NCBI GenBank assembly: GCA_004764695.1
Contig: SMSO01000013.1
Span: 1-64,000 of the forward strand
Direction: 5' to 3'
DNA: 64,000 nucleotides
Origin: Schizochytrium sp. TIO01
Lineage: Eukaryota > Protista > Bigyra: Labyrinthulomycetes
In this document: in pieces, positions 49,101 through 60,785 of the stretch
Numbering within the stretch: the first letter of the stretch is position 1
Layout: the number at the start of each line of letters is the position of its first letter
Translations under genes and position numbers: made by a program
Notes under the pieces: generated by a model
What the model was told of the DNA's origin: nothing
The model's input: only the letters and a program-made list of their open reading frames with translations
Databases searched by the model: none

Positions 49101-52100
49101 GAATCGAGCTCTGACGAGAAATCTGCAATGTCCTCTCCAGGAGAACACATTTCGAACAATTGTTTTGGGGTCAAAGGCAAATTCCGATTATAGAAACTGT
49201 GGCGTTTTGCAAACGAATGAACGAAAGAAAGAGAATATAAGTGCTGGTTAGAAAAACGATGAACGCATCTAAAGACAGCCTCGAAAGTCCATGTTAAGAC
49301 ATGGAGAGAACCAGCGAAGGCAAGGCTCTGCGCAAGCTGGGAATAGCAGCAGAGGGAACGGAACTTACTAGATTTTAACAGAAGGACATGCTTTGTGCAG
49401 AGACTTTGCGACGGCCTTTGCGCCCTCCGAGCCAATGTCGTTCTCAGAAAGACTGTGAGTAGAAATAAATAAGTTTGTTTTGTTCATTCGTTGTCAGGAA
49501 AGACAGGTCCAGTCAGTTGATCCTGTTTTGTTTTGTTTTGTTTTTCCTCACAATAAAAAGCAATCAGCTCTTCTTCTGCTGCTGCTGCTGCTGCCTATCA
49601 AATTATATAGATTTCCTTCTTCTCTTTGTAAAAAAGAAAAGACTTCTTTGCCTTTCTTTGCGTACCCAACTACGTAAACTACTTAGGTAGTGTACCAGCA
49701 GTACTACAAACACTAAGCACTCAAAAGAAAGAAAGAAAAAGCTTGGTCCTGACTATTACGATAGCTTTCCCTCGTGGATGATTCCACAAACGTACACTAA
49801 AGTTTGAAGGTTCTTGCATCCCTCGAGTGCCTTTGCGACGGCCTTTGCGCCCTCCGAGCCAATGTTGTTGTTGTCAAGACTGTGAGTATAAATGAATAAG
49901 TTTGTTTTGTTCATTCGTTGTCAGGAAAGACAGGTCCAGTCAGTTGATCCTGTTTTGTTTTGTTTTGTTTTTCCTCACAATAAAAAGCAATCAGCTCTTC
50001 TTCTTCTGCTGCTGCTGCCTATCAAATTATATAGATTTCCTTTTGCCCTTCCTTCTTCTCTTTGTAAAAAAGAAAAGACTTCTTTGCCTTTCTTTGCGTA
50101 CCCAACTACGTAAACTACTTAGGTAGTGTACCAGCAGTACTACAAACACCAAGCACTAAAAAGAAAGAAAGAAAAAGCTTGGTCCTGACTATTACGATAG
50201 CTTTCCCTCGTGGATGATTCCACAAACGTACACTAAAGTTTGAAGGTTCTTGCATCCCTCGAGTGCCTTTGCGACGGCCTTTGCGCCCTCCGAGCCAATG
50301 TTGTTGCCAGAAAGACTGTGAGTATAAATGAATAAGTTTGTTTTGTTCATTCGTTGTCAGGAAAGACAGGTCCAGTCAGTTGATCCTGTTTTGTTTTGTT
50401 TTTCATCACAATAAAAAGCAATCAGCTTTTGTTCTGCTGTTGCTGTTGCCTATCAAATTATATAGATTTCCTTCTTCTCTTTGTAAAAAAGAAAAGACTT
50501 CTTTGCCTTTCTTTGCGTACCCAACTACGTAAACTACTTAGGTAGTGTACCAGCAGTACTACAAACACCAAGCACTAAAAAGAAAGAAAGAAAAAGCTTG
50601 GTCCTGACTATTACGATAGCTTTCCCTCGTGGATGATTCCACAAACGTACTCTAAAGTTTGAAGGTTCTTGCATCCCTCGAGTGCCTTTGCGACGGCCTT
50701 TGCGCCCTCCGAGCCAATGTTGTTGCTACGAAGACTGTGAGTATAAATGAATAAGTTTGTTTTGTTCATTCGTTGTCAGGAAAGACAGGTCCAGTCAGTT
50801 GATCCTGTTTTGTTTTGTTTTTCATCACAATAAAAAGCAATCACCTCTTCTTCTTCTGCTGCTGCTGCCTATCAAATTATATAGATTTCCTTCTTGTCTT
50901 TGTAAAAAAGAAAAGACTTCTTTGCCTTTCTTTGCGTACCCAACTACGTAAACTACTTAGGTAGTGTACCAGCAGTACTACAAACACTAAGCACTCAAAA
51001 GAAAGAAAGAAAAAGCTTGGTCCTGACTATTACGATAGCTTTCCCTCGTGGATGATTCCACAAACGTACACTAAAGTTTGAAGGTTCTTGCATCCCTCGA
51101 GTGCCTTTGCGACGGCCTTTGCGCCCTCCGAGCCAATGTTGTTGCCAGAAAGACTGTGAGTATAAATGAATAAGTTTGTTTTGTTCATTCGTTGTCAGGA
51201 AAGACAGGTCCAGTCAGTTGATCCTGTTTTGTTTTGTTTTTCATCACAATAAAAAGCAATCAGCTTTTGTTCTGCTGTTGCTGTTGCCTATCAAATTATA
51301 TAGATTTCCTTCTTCTCTTTGTAAAAAAGAAAAGACTTCTTTGCCTTTCTTTGCGTACCCAACTACGTAAACTACTTAGGTAGTGTACCAGCAGTACTAC
51401 AAACACCAAGCACTAAAAAGAAAGAAAGAAAAAGCTTGGTCCTGACTATTACGATAGCTTTCCCTCGTGGATGATTCCACAAACGTACTCTAAAGTTTGA
51501 AGGTTCTTGCATCCCTCGAGTGCCTTTGCGACGGCCTTTGCGCCCTCATCGCCAATGTTGTTGCCAGAAAGACTGTGAGTATAAATGAATAAGTTTGTTT
51601 TGTTCATTCGTTGTCAAGAAAGACAGGTCCAGTCAGTTGATCCTGTTTTGTTTTGTTTTGTTTTTCCTCACAATAAAAAGCAATCAGCTTTTGTTCTGCT
51701 GTTGCTGTTGCCTATCAAATTATATAGATTTCCTTCTTCTCTTTGTAAAAAAGAAAAGACTTCTTTGCCTTTCTTTGCGTACCCAACTACGTAAACTACT
51801 TAGGTAGTGTACCAGCAGTACTACAAACACCAAGCACTAAAAAGAAAGAAAGAAAAAGCTTGGTCCTGACTATTACGATAGCTTTCCCTCGTGGATGATT
51901 CCACAAACGTACCCAAGTTGAGTCAGGTTCTTGCATCCCTCGAGTGCCTTTGCGACGGCCTTTGCGCCCTCCGAGCCAATGTTGTTGTTGTTAAGACTGT
52001 GAGTATAAATGAATAAGTTTGTTTTGTTCATTCGTTGTCAGGAAAGACAGGTCCAGTCAGTTGATCCTGTTTTGTTTTGTTTTTCCTCACAATAAAAAGC

Positions 52101-55100
52101 AATCAGCTCTTCTTCTGCTGCTGCTGCTGCTGCCTATCAAATTATATAGATTTCCTTTTGCCCTTCCTTCTTCTTTTTGTAAAAAAGAAAAGACTTCTTT
52201 GTCTTTCTTTGTGTACCCAACTACACCAGCAGTACTACAAACACCAAGCACTAAAAAGAAAGAAAGAAAAAGCTTGGTCCTGACTATTACGATAGCTTTC
52301 CCTCGTGGATGATTCCACAAACGTACACTAAAGTTTGAAGGTTCTTGCATCCCTCGAGTGCCTTTGCGACGGCCTTTGCGCCCTCATCGCTAATCTTGTT
52401 GTTGTAAAGACTGTGAGTATAAATGAATAAGTTTGTTTTGTTCATTCGTTGTCAGGAAAGACAGGTCCCAGTCAGTTGATCCTGTTTTGTTTTGTTTTTC
52501 CTCACAATAAAAAGCAATCAGCTCTTCTTCTTCTTCTGCTGCTGCTGCTGCCTATCAAATTATATAGATTTCCTTCTTCTCTTTGTAAAAAAGAAAAGAC
52601 TTCTTTGCCTTTCTTTGCCTACCCAACTACGTAAACTACGTAGATAGTGTACCAGCAGTACTATAAACACCAAGCACTAAAAAGAAAGAAAGAAAAAGCT
52701 TGGTCCTGACTATTACGATAGCTTTCCCTCGTGGATGATTCCACAAACGTACCCAAGTTGAGTCAGGTTCTTGCATCCCTCGAGTGCCTTTGCGACGGCC
52801 TTTGCGCCCTCCGAGCCAATGTTGTTCTTATTAAGACTGTGAGTATAAATGAATAAGTTTGTTTTGTTCATTCGTTGTCAGGAAAGACAGGTCCCAGTCA
52901 GTTGATCCTGTTTTGTTTTGTTTTCATCACAATAAAAAGCAATCACCTCTTCTTCTTCTGCTGCTGCTGCTGCTGCTGCGTATCAAATTATATAGATTTC
53001 CTTCTTCTCTTTGTAAAAAAGAAAAGACTTCTTTGCCTTTCTTTGCCTACCCAACTACGTAAACTACGTAGATAGTGTACCAGCAGTACTATAAACACCA
53101 AGCACTAAAAAGAAAGAAAGAAAAAGCTTGGTCCTGACTATTACGATAGCTTTCCCTCGTGGATGATTCCACAAACGTACTACAATTGTTGAAGGTTCTT
53201 GCATCCCTCGAGTGCCTTTGCGACGGCCTTTGCGCCCTCCGAGCCAATGTTGTTGCTACGAAGACTGTGAGTATAAATGAATAAGTTTGTTTTGTTCATT
53301 CGTTGTCAGGAAAGACAGGTCCAGTCAGTTGATCCTGTTTTGTTTTGTTTTTCATCACAATAAAAAGCAATCAGCTTTTGTTCTGCTGTTGCTGTTGCCT
53401 ATCAAATTATATAGATTTCCTTCTTCTCTTTGTAAAAAAGAAAAGACTTCTTTGCCTTTCTTTGCGTACCCAACTACGTAAACTACTTAGGTAGTGTACC
53501 AGCAGTACTACAAACACCAAGCACTAAAAAGAAAGAAAGAAAAAGCTTGGTCCTGACTATTACGATAGCTTTCCCTCGTGGATGATTCCACAAACGTACT
53601 TCAGATAAGTCAGGTTCTTGCATCCCTCGAGTGCCTTTGCGACGGCCTTTGCGCCCTCCGAGCCAATGTTGTTGTTGTTAAGACTGTGAGTATAAATGAA
53701 TAAGTTTGTTTTGTTCATTCGTTGTCAGGAAAGACAGGTCCAGTCAGTTGATCCTGTTTTGTTTTGTTTTTCCTCACAATAAAAAGCAATCAGCTCTTCT
53801 TCTTCTGCTGCTGCTGCTGCCTATCAAATTATATAGATTTCCTTTTGCCCTTCCTTCTTCTTTTTGTAAAAAAGAAAAGACTTCTTTGTCTTTCTTTGTG
53901 TACCCAACTACACCAGCAGTACTACAAACACCAAGCACTAAAAAGAAAGAAAGAAAAAGCTTGGTCCTGACTATTACGATAGCTTTCCCTCGTGGATGAT
54001 TCCACAAACGTACACTAAAGTTTGAAGGTTCTTGCATCCCTCGAGTGCCTTTGCGACGGCCTTTGCGCCCTCATCGCTAATCTTGTTGTTGTAAAGACTG
54101 TGAGTATAAATGAATAAGTTTGTTTTGTTCATTCGTTGTCAGGAAAGACAGGTCCCAGTCAGTTGATCCTGTTTTGTTTTGTTTTTCCTCACAATAAAAA
54201 GCAATCAGCTCTTCTTCTTCTTCTGCTGCTGCTGCTGCCTATCAAATTATATAGATTTCCTTCTTCTCTTTGTAAAAAAGAAAAGACTTCTTTGCCTTTC
54301 TTTGCCTACCCAACTACGTAAACTACGTAGATAGTGTACCAGCAGTACTATAAACACCAAGCACTAAAAAGAAAGAAAGAAAAAGCTTGGTCCTGACTAT
54401 TACGATAGCTTTCCCTCGTGGATGATTCCACAAACGTACCCAAGTTGAGTCAGGTTCTTGCATCCCTCGAGTGCCTTTGCGACGGCCTTTGCGCCCTCCG
54501 AGCCAATGTTGTTCTTATTAAGACTGTGAGTATAAATGAATAAGTTTGTTTTGTTCATTCGTTGTCAGGAAAGACAGGTCCCAGTCAGTTGATCCTGTTT
54601 TGTTTTGTTTTCATCACAATAAAAAGCAATCACCTCTTCTTCTTCTGCTGCTGCTGCTGCTGCTGCGTATCAAATTATATAGATTTCCTTCTTCTCTTTG
54701 TAAAAAAGAAAAGACTTCTTTGCCTTTCTTTGCCTACCCAACTACGTAAACTACGTAGATAGTGTACCAGCAGTACTATAAACACCAAGCACTAAAAAGA
54801 AAGAAAGAAAAAGCTTGGTCCTGACTATTACGATAGCTTTCCCTCGTGGATGATTCCACAAACGTACTACAATTGTTGAAGGTTCTTGCATCCCTCGAGT
54901 GCCTTTGCGACGGCCTTTGCGCCCTCCGAGCCAATGTTATTCTCAGAAAGACTGTGAGTATAAATGAATAAGTTTGTTTTGTTGATTCGTTGTCAGGAAA
55001 GACAGGTCCAGTCAGTTGATCCTGTTTTGTTTTGTTTTTCCTCACAATAAAAAGCAATCACCTCTTCTTCTGCTGCTGCTGCTGCTGCCTATCAAATTAT

Positions 55101-58100
55101 ATAGATTTCCTTTTGCCCTTCCTTCTTCTCTTTGTAAAAAAGAAAAGACTTCTTTGCCTTTCTTTGCGTACCCAACTACACCAGCAGTACTACAAACACC
55201 AAGCACTAAAAAGAAAGAAAGAAAAAGCTTGGTCCTGACTATTACGATAGCTTTCCCTCGTGGATGATTCCACAAACGTACTACAATTGTTGAAGGTTCT
55301 TGCATCCCTCGAGTGCCTTTGCGACGGCCTTTGCGCCCTCCGAGCCAATGTTATTCTCAGAAAGACTGTGAGTATAAATGAATAAGTTTGTTTTGTTCAT
55401 TCGTTGTCAAGAAAGACAGGTCCAGTCAGTTGATCCTGTTTTGTTTTGTTTTTCCTCGCAATAAAAAGCAATCACCTCTTCTTCTTCTGCTGCTGCTGCG
55501 TATCAAATTATATAGATTTCCTTCTTCTCTTTGTAAAAAAGAAAAGACTTCTTTGCCTTTCTTTGCGTACCCAACTACACCAGCAGTACTACAAACACCA
55601 AGCACTAAAAAGAAAGAAAGAAAAAGCTTGGTCCTGACTATTACGATAGCTTTCCCTCGTGGATGATTCCACAAACGTACCCAAGTTGAGTCAGGTTCTT
55701 GCATCCCTCGAGTGCCTTTGCGACGGCCTTTGCGCCCTCATCGCTAATCTTGTTGTTGTAAAGACTGTGAGTATAAATGAATAAGTTTGTTTTGTTCATT
55801 CGTTGTCAGGAAAGACAGGTCCCAGTCAGTTGATCCTGTTTTGTTTTGTTTTTCCTCACAATAAAAAGCAATCAGCTCTTCTTCTTCTTCTGCTGCTGCT
55901 GCTGCCTATCAAATTATATAGATTTCCTTCTTCTCTTTGTAAAAAAGAAAAGACTTCTTTGCCTTTCTTTGCCTACCCAACTACGTAAACTTCGTAGATA
56001 GTGTACCAGCAGTACTATAAACACCAAGCACTAAAAAGAAAGAAAGAAAAAGCTTGGTCCTGACTATTACGATAGCTTTCCCTCGTGGATGATTCCACAA
56101 ACGTACCCAAGTTGAGTCAGGTTCTTGCATCCCTCGAGTGCCTTTGCGACGGCCTTTGCGCCCTCATCGCTAATCTTGTTGCCAGAAAGACTGTGAGTAT
56201 AAATGAATAAGTTTGTTTTGTTGATTCGTTGTCAAGAAAGACAGGTCCAGTCAGTTGATCCTGTTTTGTATTGTTTTTCCTCACAATAAAAAGCAATCAC
56301 CTCTTCTTCTGCTGCTGCTGTTGCTGCCTATCAAATTATATAGATTTCCTTTTGCCCTTCCTTCTTCTCTTTGTAAAAAAGAAAAGACTTCTTTGCCTTT
56401 CTTTGCGTACCCAACTACACCAGCAGTACTACAAACACCAAGCACTAAAAAGAAAGAAAGAAAAAGCTTGGTCCTGACTATTACGATAGCTTTCCCTCGT
56501 GGATGATTCCACAAACGTACACTAAAGTTTGAAGGTTCTTGCATCCCTCGAGTGCCTTTGCGACGGCCTTTGCGCCCTCCGAGCCAATGTTATTCTCAGA
56601 AAGACTGTGAGTATAAATGAATAAGTTTGTTTTGTTCATTCGTTGTCAAGAAAGACAGGTCCAGTCAGTTGATCCTGTTTTGTTTTGTTTTTCCTCGCAA
56701 TAAAAAGCAATCACCTCTTCTTCTTCTGCTGCTGCTGCGTATCAAATTATATAGATTTCCTTCTTCTCTTTGTAAAAAAGAAAAGACTTCTTTGCCTTTC
56801 TTTGCGTACCCAACTACACCAGCAGTACTACAAACACCAAGCACTAAAAAGAAAGAAAGAAAAAGCTTGGTCCTGACTATTACGATAGCTTTCCCTCGTG
56901 GATGATTCCACAAACGTACCCAAGTTGAGTCAGGTTCTTGCATCCCTCGAGTGCCTTTGCGACGGCCTTTGCGCCCTCCGAGCCAATGTTGTTCTTATTA
57001 AGACTGTGAGTATAAATGAATAAGTTTGTTTTGTTCATTCGTTGTCAGGAAAGACAGGTCCCAGTCAGTTGATCCTGTTTTGTTTTGTTTTTCCTCACAA
57101 TAAAAAGCAATCAGCTCTTCTTCTTCTGCTGCTGCTGCTGCTGCGTATCAAATTATATAGATTTCCTTCTTCTCTTTGTAAAAAAGAAAAGACTTCTTTG
57201 CCTTTCTTTGCGTACCCAACTACACCAGCAGTACTACAAACACCAAGCACTAAAAAGAAAGAAAGAAAAAGCTTGGTCCTGACTATTACGATAGCTTTCC
57301 CTCGTGGATGATTCCACAAACGTACACTAAAGTTTGAAGGTTCTTGCATCCCTCGAGTGCCTTTGCGACGGCCTTTGCGCCCTCCGAGCCAATGTTATTC
57401 TCAGAAAGACTGTGAGTATAAATGAATAAGTTTGTTTTGTTCATTCGTTGTCAAGAAAGACAGGTCCAGTCAGTTGATCCTGTTTTGTTTTGTTTTTCCT
57501 CGCAATAAAAAGCAATCACCTCTTCTTCTTCTGCTGCTGCTGCGTATCAAATTATATAGATTTCCTTCTTCTCTTTGTAAAAAAGAAAAGACTTCTTTGC
57601 CTTTCTTTGCGTACCCAACTACACCAGCAGTACTACAAACACCAAGCACTAAAAAGAAAGAAAGAAAAAGCTTGGTCCTGACTATTACGATAGCTTTCCC
57701 TCGTGGATGATTCCACAAACGTACCCAAGTTGAGTCAGGTTCTTGCATCCCTCGAGTGCCTTTGCGACGGCCTTTGCGCCCTCCGAGCCAATGTTGTTCT
57801 TATTAAGACTGTGAGTATAAATGAATAAGTTTGTTTTGTTCATTCGTTGTCAGGAAAGACAGGTCCCAGTCAGTTGATCCTGTTTTGTTTTGTTTTTCCT
57901 CACAATAAAAAGCAATCAGCTCTTCTTCTTCTGCTGCTGCTGCTGCTGCGTATCAAATTATATAGATTTCCTTCTTCTCTTTGTAAAAAAGAAAAGACTT
58001 CTTTGCCTTTCTTTGCGTACCCAACTACGTAAACTACTTAGGTAGTGTACCAGCAGTACTACAAACACCAAGCACTAAAAAGAAAGAAAGAAAAAGCTTG

Positions 58101-58899
58101 GTCCTGACTATTACGATAGCTTTCCCTCGTGGATGATTCCACAAACGTACTTCAGATAAGTCAGGTTCTTGCATCCCTCGAGTGCCTTTGCGACGGCCTT
58201 TGCGCCCTCATCGCTAATCTTGTTGTTGTAAAGACTGTGAGTATAAATGAATAAGTTTGTTTTGTTCATTCGTTGTCAGGAAAGACAGGTCCCAGTCAGT
58301 TGATCCTGTTTTGTTTTGTTTTTCCTCACAATAAAAAGCAATCAGCTCTATTTCTTCTTCTTCTGCTGCTGCTGCTCCTGCCTATCAAATTATATAGATT
58401 TCCTCTTCTCTTTGTAAAAAAGAAAAGACTTCTTTGCCTTTCTTTGCGTACCCAACTACGTAAACTACTTAGGTAGTGTACCAGCAGTACTACAAACACC
58501 AAGCACTAAAAAGAAAGAAAGAAAAAGCTTGGTCCTGACTATTACGATAGCTTTCCCTCGTGGATGATTCCACAAACGTACACTACTCGTTGAAGGTTCT
58601 TGCATCCCTCGAGTGCCTTTGCGACGGCCTTTGCGCCCTCATGACCAATTCTTTTCTCACCAAGACTGTGTTTGTTTGTTTGTTTGTTGGTGAACAAGTG
58701 AGAGTAAGTATATGCCATTTCTAACTTCTTCATTGGTGCCACTACTAATACAAAGCTATTCTTCTTCTACAAAGCTGACTACTACAACACATCGACGACG
58801 CGATGCCTCCTTCTTCTGTCTCCTCCCTTCTGCATCGTGCACCTACCAAATCTCCGTCGTATCTTCTGTGATGTCCTCAATTCTCTCTGCTTTGGTCAT
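46154..58899 (-). CDS. LRR(23) / helical region / protein kinase / RING + IBR-Rcat-like protein, copy B, predicted 1623 aa
   Basis: Exon 58899-58847 (53 nt). Then 23 exons of 84 nt with lower coordinates 58582, 58151, 57725, 57326, 56920, 56521, 56107, 55681, 55282, 54868, 54440, 54014, 53600, 53181, 52753, 52327, 51913, 51489, 51070, 50651, 50232, 49796, 49369. Linker 49196-48999; final exon 48842-46154. Total 4872 nt, divisible by 3, no internal stop seen, all GT..CAG phase 2. Same kinase and zinc-finger motifs as copy A. Confidence 0.9.
49369..58665 (-). repeat. 399-436-bp exon-intron tandem array, copy B (23 LRR exons)
   Basis: Near-identical introns that vary in (CTT)n(CTG)n length, an optional ttttgcccttcc insertion and an optional ~20-nt deletion; invariant 45-nt exon core. 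Confidence 0.97.
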
Positions 58900-60121
58900 C
58901 GTATTGCAGCAGTGAGTATCACCTTTGATGGATGGATTGATCAATCGCGTTGATTGTCTTTGCTTTTCTTTGTCTTCGCTTTGCTTTGGCACTCGTAAGA
59001 TAGAGAGAGAGAGAGTCGTTTGAGTCTTCGCTCGCGCTGCTGATCAGGAACGGAGACTTCTACTCTCTCTTCTTCTTCTTCTCCTTCTCCTTCTTCTGAG
59101 CTGCAAGGAAGGAGGATCGGGTGGACTCCTCGCGATGCCTCGCAAGTGCCTCAGTAGACCAAGCCTCGCCCACGAACAGCGGACGCGTGGAGGGGTGTGG
59201 CACGCGAGAGGTCGCGGGTGCGTGGATATCGTGCTCGTGTTGCGGCTTTGCGGCTTTGGCGATGGCAGGGTATTCCCTTTTATTCCTTTCCTGTGTTAAG
59301 GTCCTTTGCCCTTTTGTTTAAGGTGCTTTCACTTCGTTTCTAATTTATCCTGGGAGCGCAAAAGAGGAGTCTAGTCTTGAAGAAAGATGAGGAGGCCTCG
59401 TGCTTCGTCTAGGTCAAAAACAAGGCAGGAGGCGACACGAGGAAGGACTCCATCCCTTTATGGTCGTGCAGATGAAGAGAGTTAACGCATAGAACTACTC
59501 TTCAAGCTTTTTTCTTTTTTTTTTAAATTAAATAAATATAAGAAATTAAGTTGGTGTGTAAAGCAAAAGAAGGATGTTGAATTTTGATTGCCATGGCGTA
59601 TTGTGTAATGAATAGCAGGCAAGAAAAGATCCTTGTATTGAGGTCTATTTGAGATAAGAGGTGGGAGCTTATTAAAACCTTTTGTTGCCTTTGATGAAGT
59701 CTTGGAGCGACACAAGCTCGCAACTGTGTCATTGAGGAGCGTAAAAGAAAATAATCTTGATATAGCTAAAGCTTGGGAGAGAATGGAAAACAAGTCGACA
59801 ATTTTTGGATTTCAAAGATGTGTCGAGTTGTTGGATATTTGCTTCACGGCTTCAATGTGAAAAAAGCAGAGAGTTGCTTTCAACGATCAGAGCTACTGGC
59901 GGCTGCGACCAAAGGTGTGCCAGAAAGAAGGAAAGGACAGTTTCAAAAAGAGGAGAATCTTTGACCGAGAGTAGATGCCTGATTGCCTTTCTTGCATTGC
60001 TTTTAATCCTCTTCGGGCAGGTTTTATTTCATAAAATTAATCTTTGATGTGTATTATATTGTGATATCAACCGTGGAGTTGCTTTCTTTTAGTGCTAAGG
60101 AAAAAAATAAAAGGAGAAAAA

Positions 60122-60240
60122 AACATTCAACACCGGGGCTTCGCATGCAGTCCCCTATCATACTACTGACCCGGCCCTACGCGACTTTACTTCTCAGTGC
60201 GAATGAGATGAGGTGTTACCCGCGTGGTATGATCGAATGT
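60122..60240 (-). rRNA. 5S rRNA (copy 4)
   Basis: Same 119-nt sequence, followed by a T run. Confidence 0.93.
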
Positions 60241-60262
60241 ACTCTAAGATCGGTTCATACTC

Positions 60263-60270
60263 TATTTATA
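60263..60270 (-). promoter_or_regulatory. TATA box (TATAAATA) at -30..-23 of 5S copy 4
   Basis: Position conserved across all four 5S genes. Confidence 0.78.
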
Positions 60271-60785
60271 CTCAGTTTAAAAATGGTTGTTATTTACTTC
60301 TATGGTCTGGAGCAAACATCACTGCAAAAGATATTTGAGTAGAAGTTATTATCTAGTTTGGTAAAGATAGGCCTAGTAGATTTTGTTAGAAAGAACTCAA
60401 GTGCAGAAAAAGAAGACCAGCGCATGCAGAACCCAAGTGTCGCTGCAGAGATTGATCAAATCACTATTTACGACAGAACAGCAGGTGTGGCACAGCAGAG
60501 AGCAGGGAGCATATGCAACATCAGCAGCGACGAGCAACACGATTGCTAGTCGGCAACCCTTTTCTTCGCGAGCGTTGGCTTAGCAAGGATTGACAAGAGA
60601 CAAAGCTCGAACGAACGATCGGCGAGGGAGGGCGCTCTTGAAGTGCAGTATACACAGGGAGCTTCTACTACACGCTGATCGTGTAGCGTAGAAACGGGTG
60701 GCGGGAGACTAAGTGGAGTTTTCTTAGGTTCTTCTTGGAGTCAACTGTTGAAAGTACTGTCGCCAGGCACGAACGAGGGACGAAA

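Noticed and set aside
49796-58234. Diversity-generating retroelement-type adenine mutagenesis (AAC-rich variable codons)
   Set aside because: Variants also change non-A positions (AAC vs TCT, CGT, AAT, AAG), recur as fixed blocks, and no reverse transcriptase is present in the window.
49475-58476. Many short ORFs (MFCSFVVRKDRSS.., MQEPS..)
   Set aside because: Antisense or intronic by-products of the repeat unit; frames change with microsatellite length.
49369-58665. CRISPR-like array (constant repeats with short variable segments)
   Set aside because: Eukaryotic context, ~420-bp units, variable segments recur and are codon-structured between splice sites, and no cas genes.
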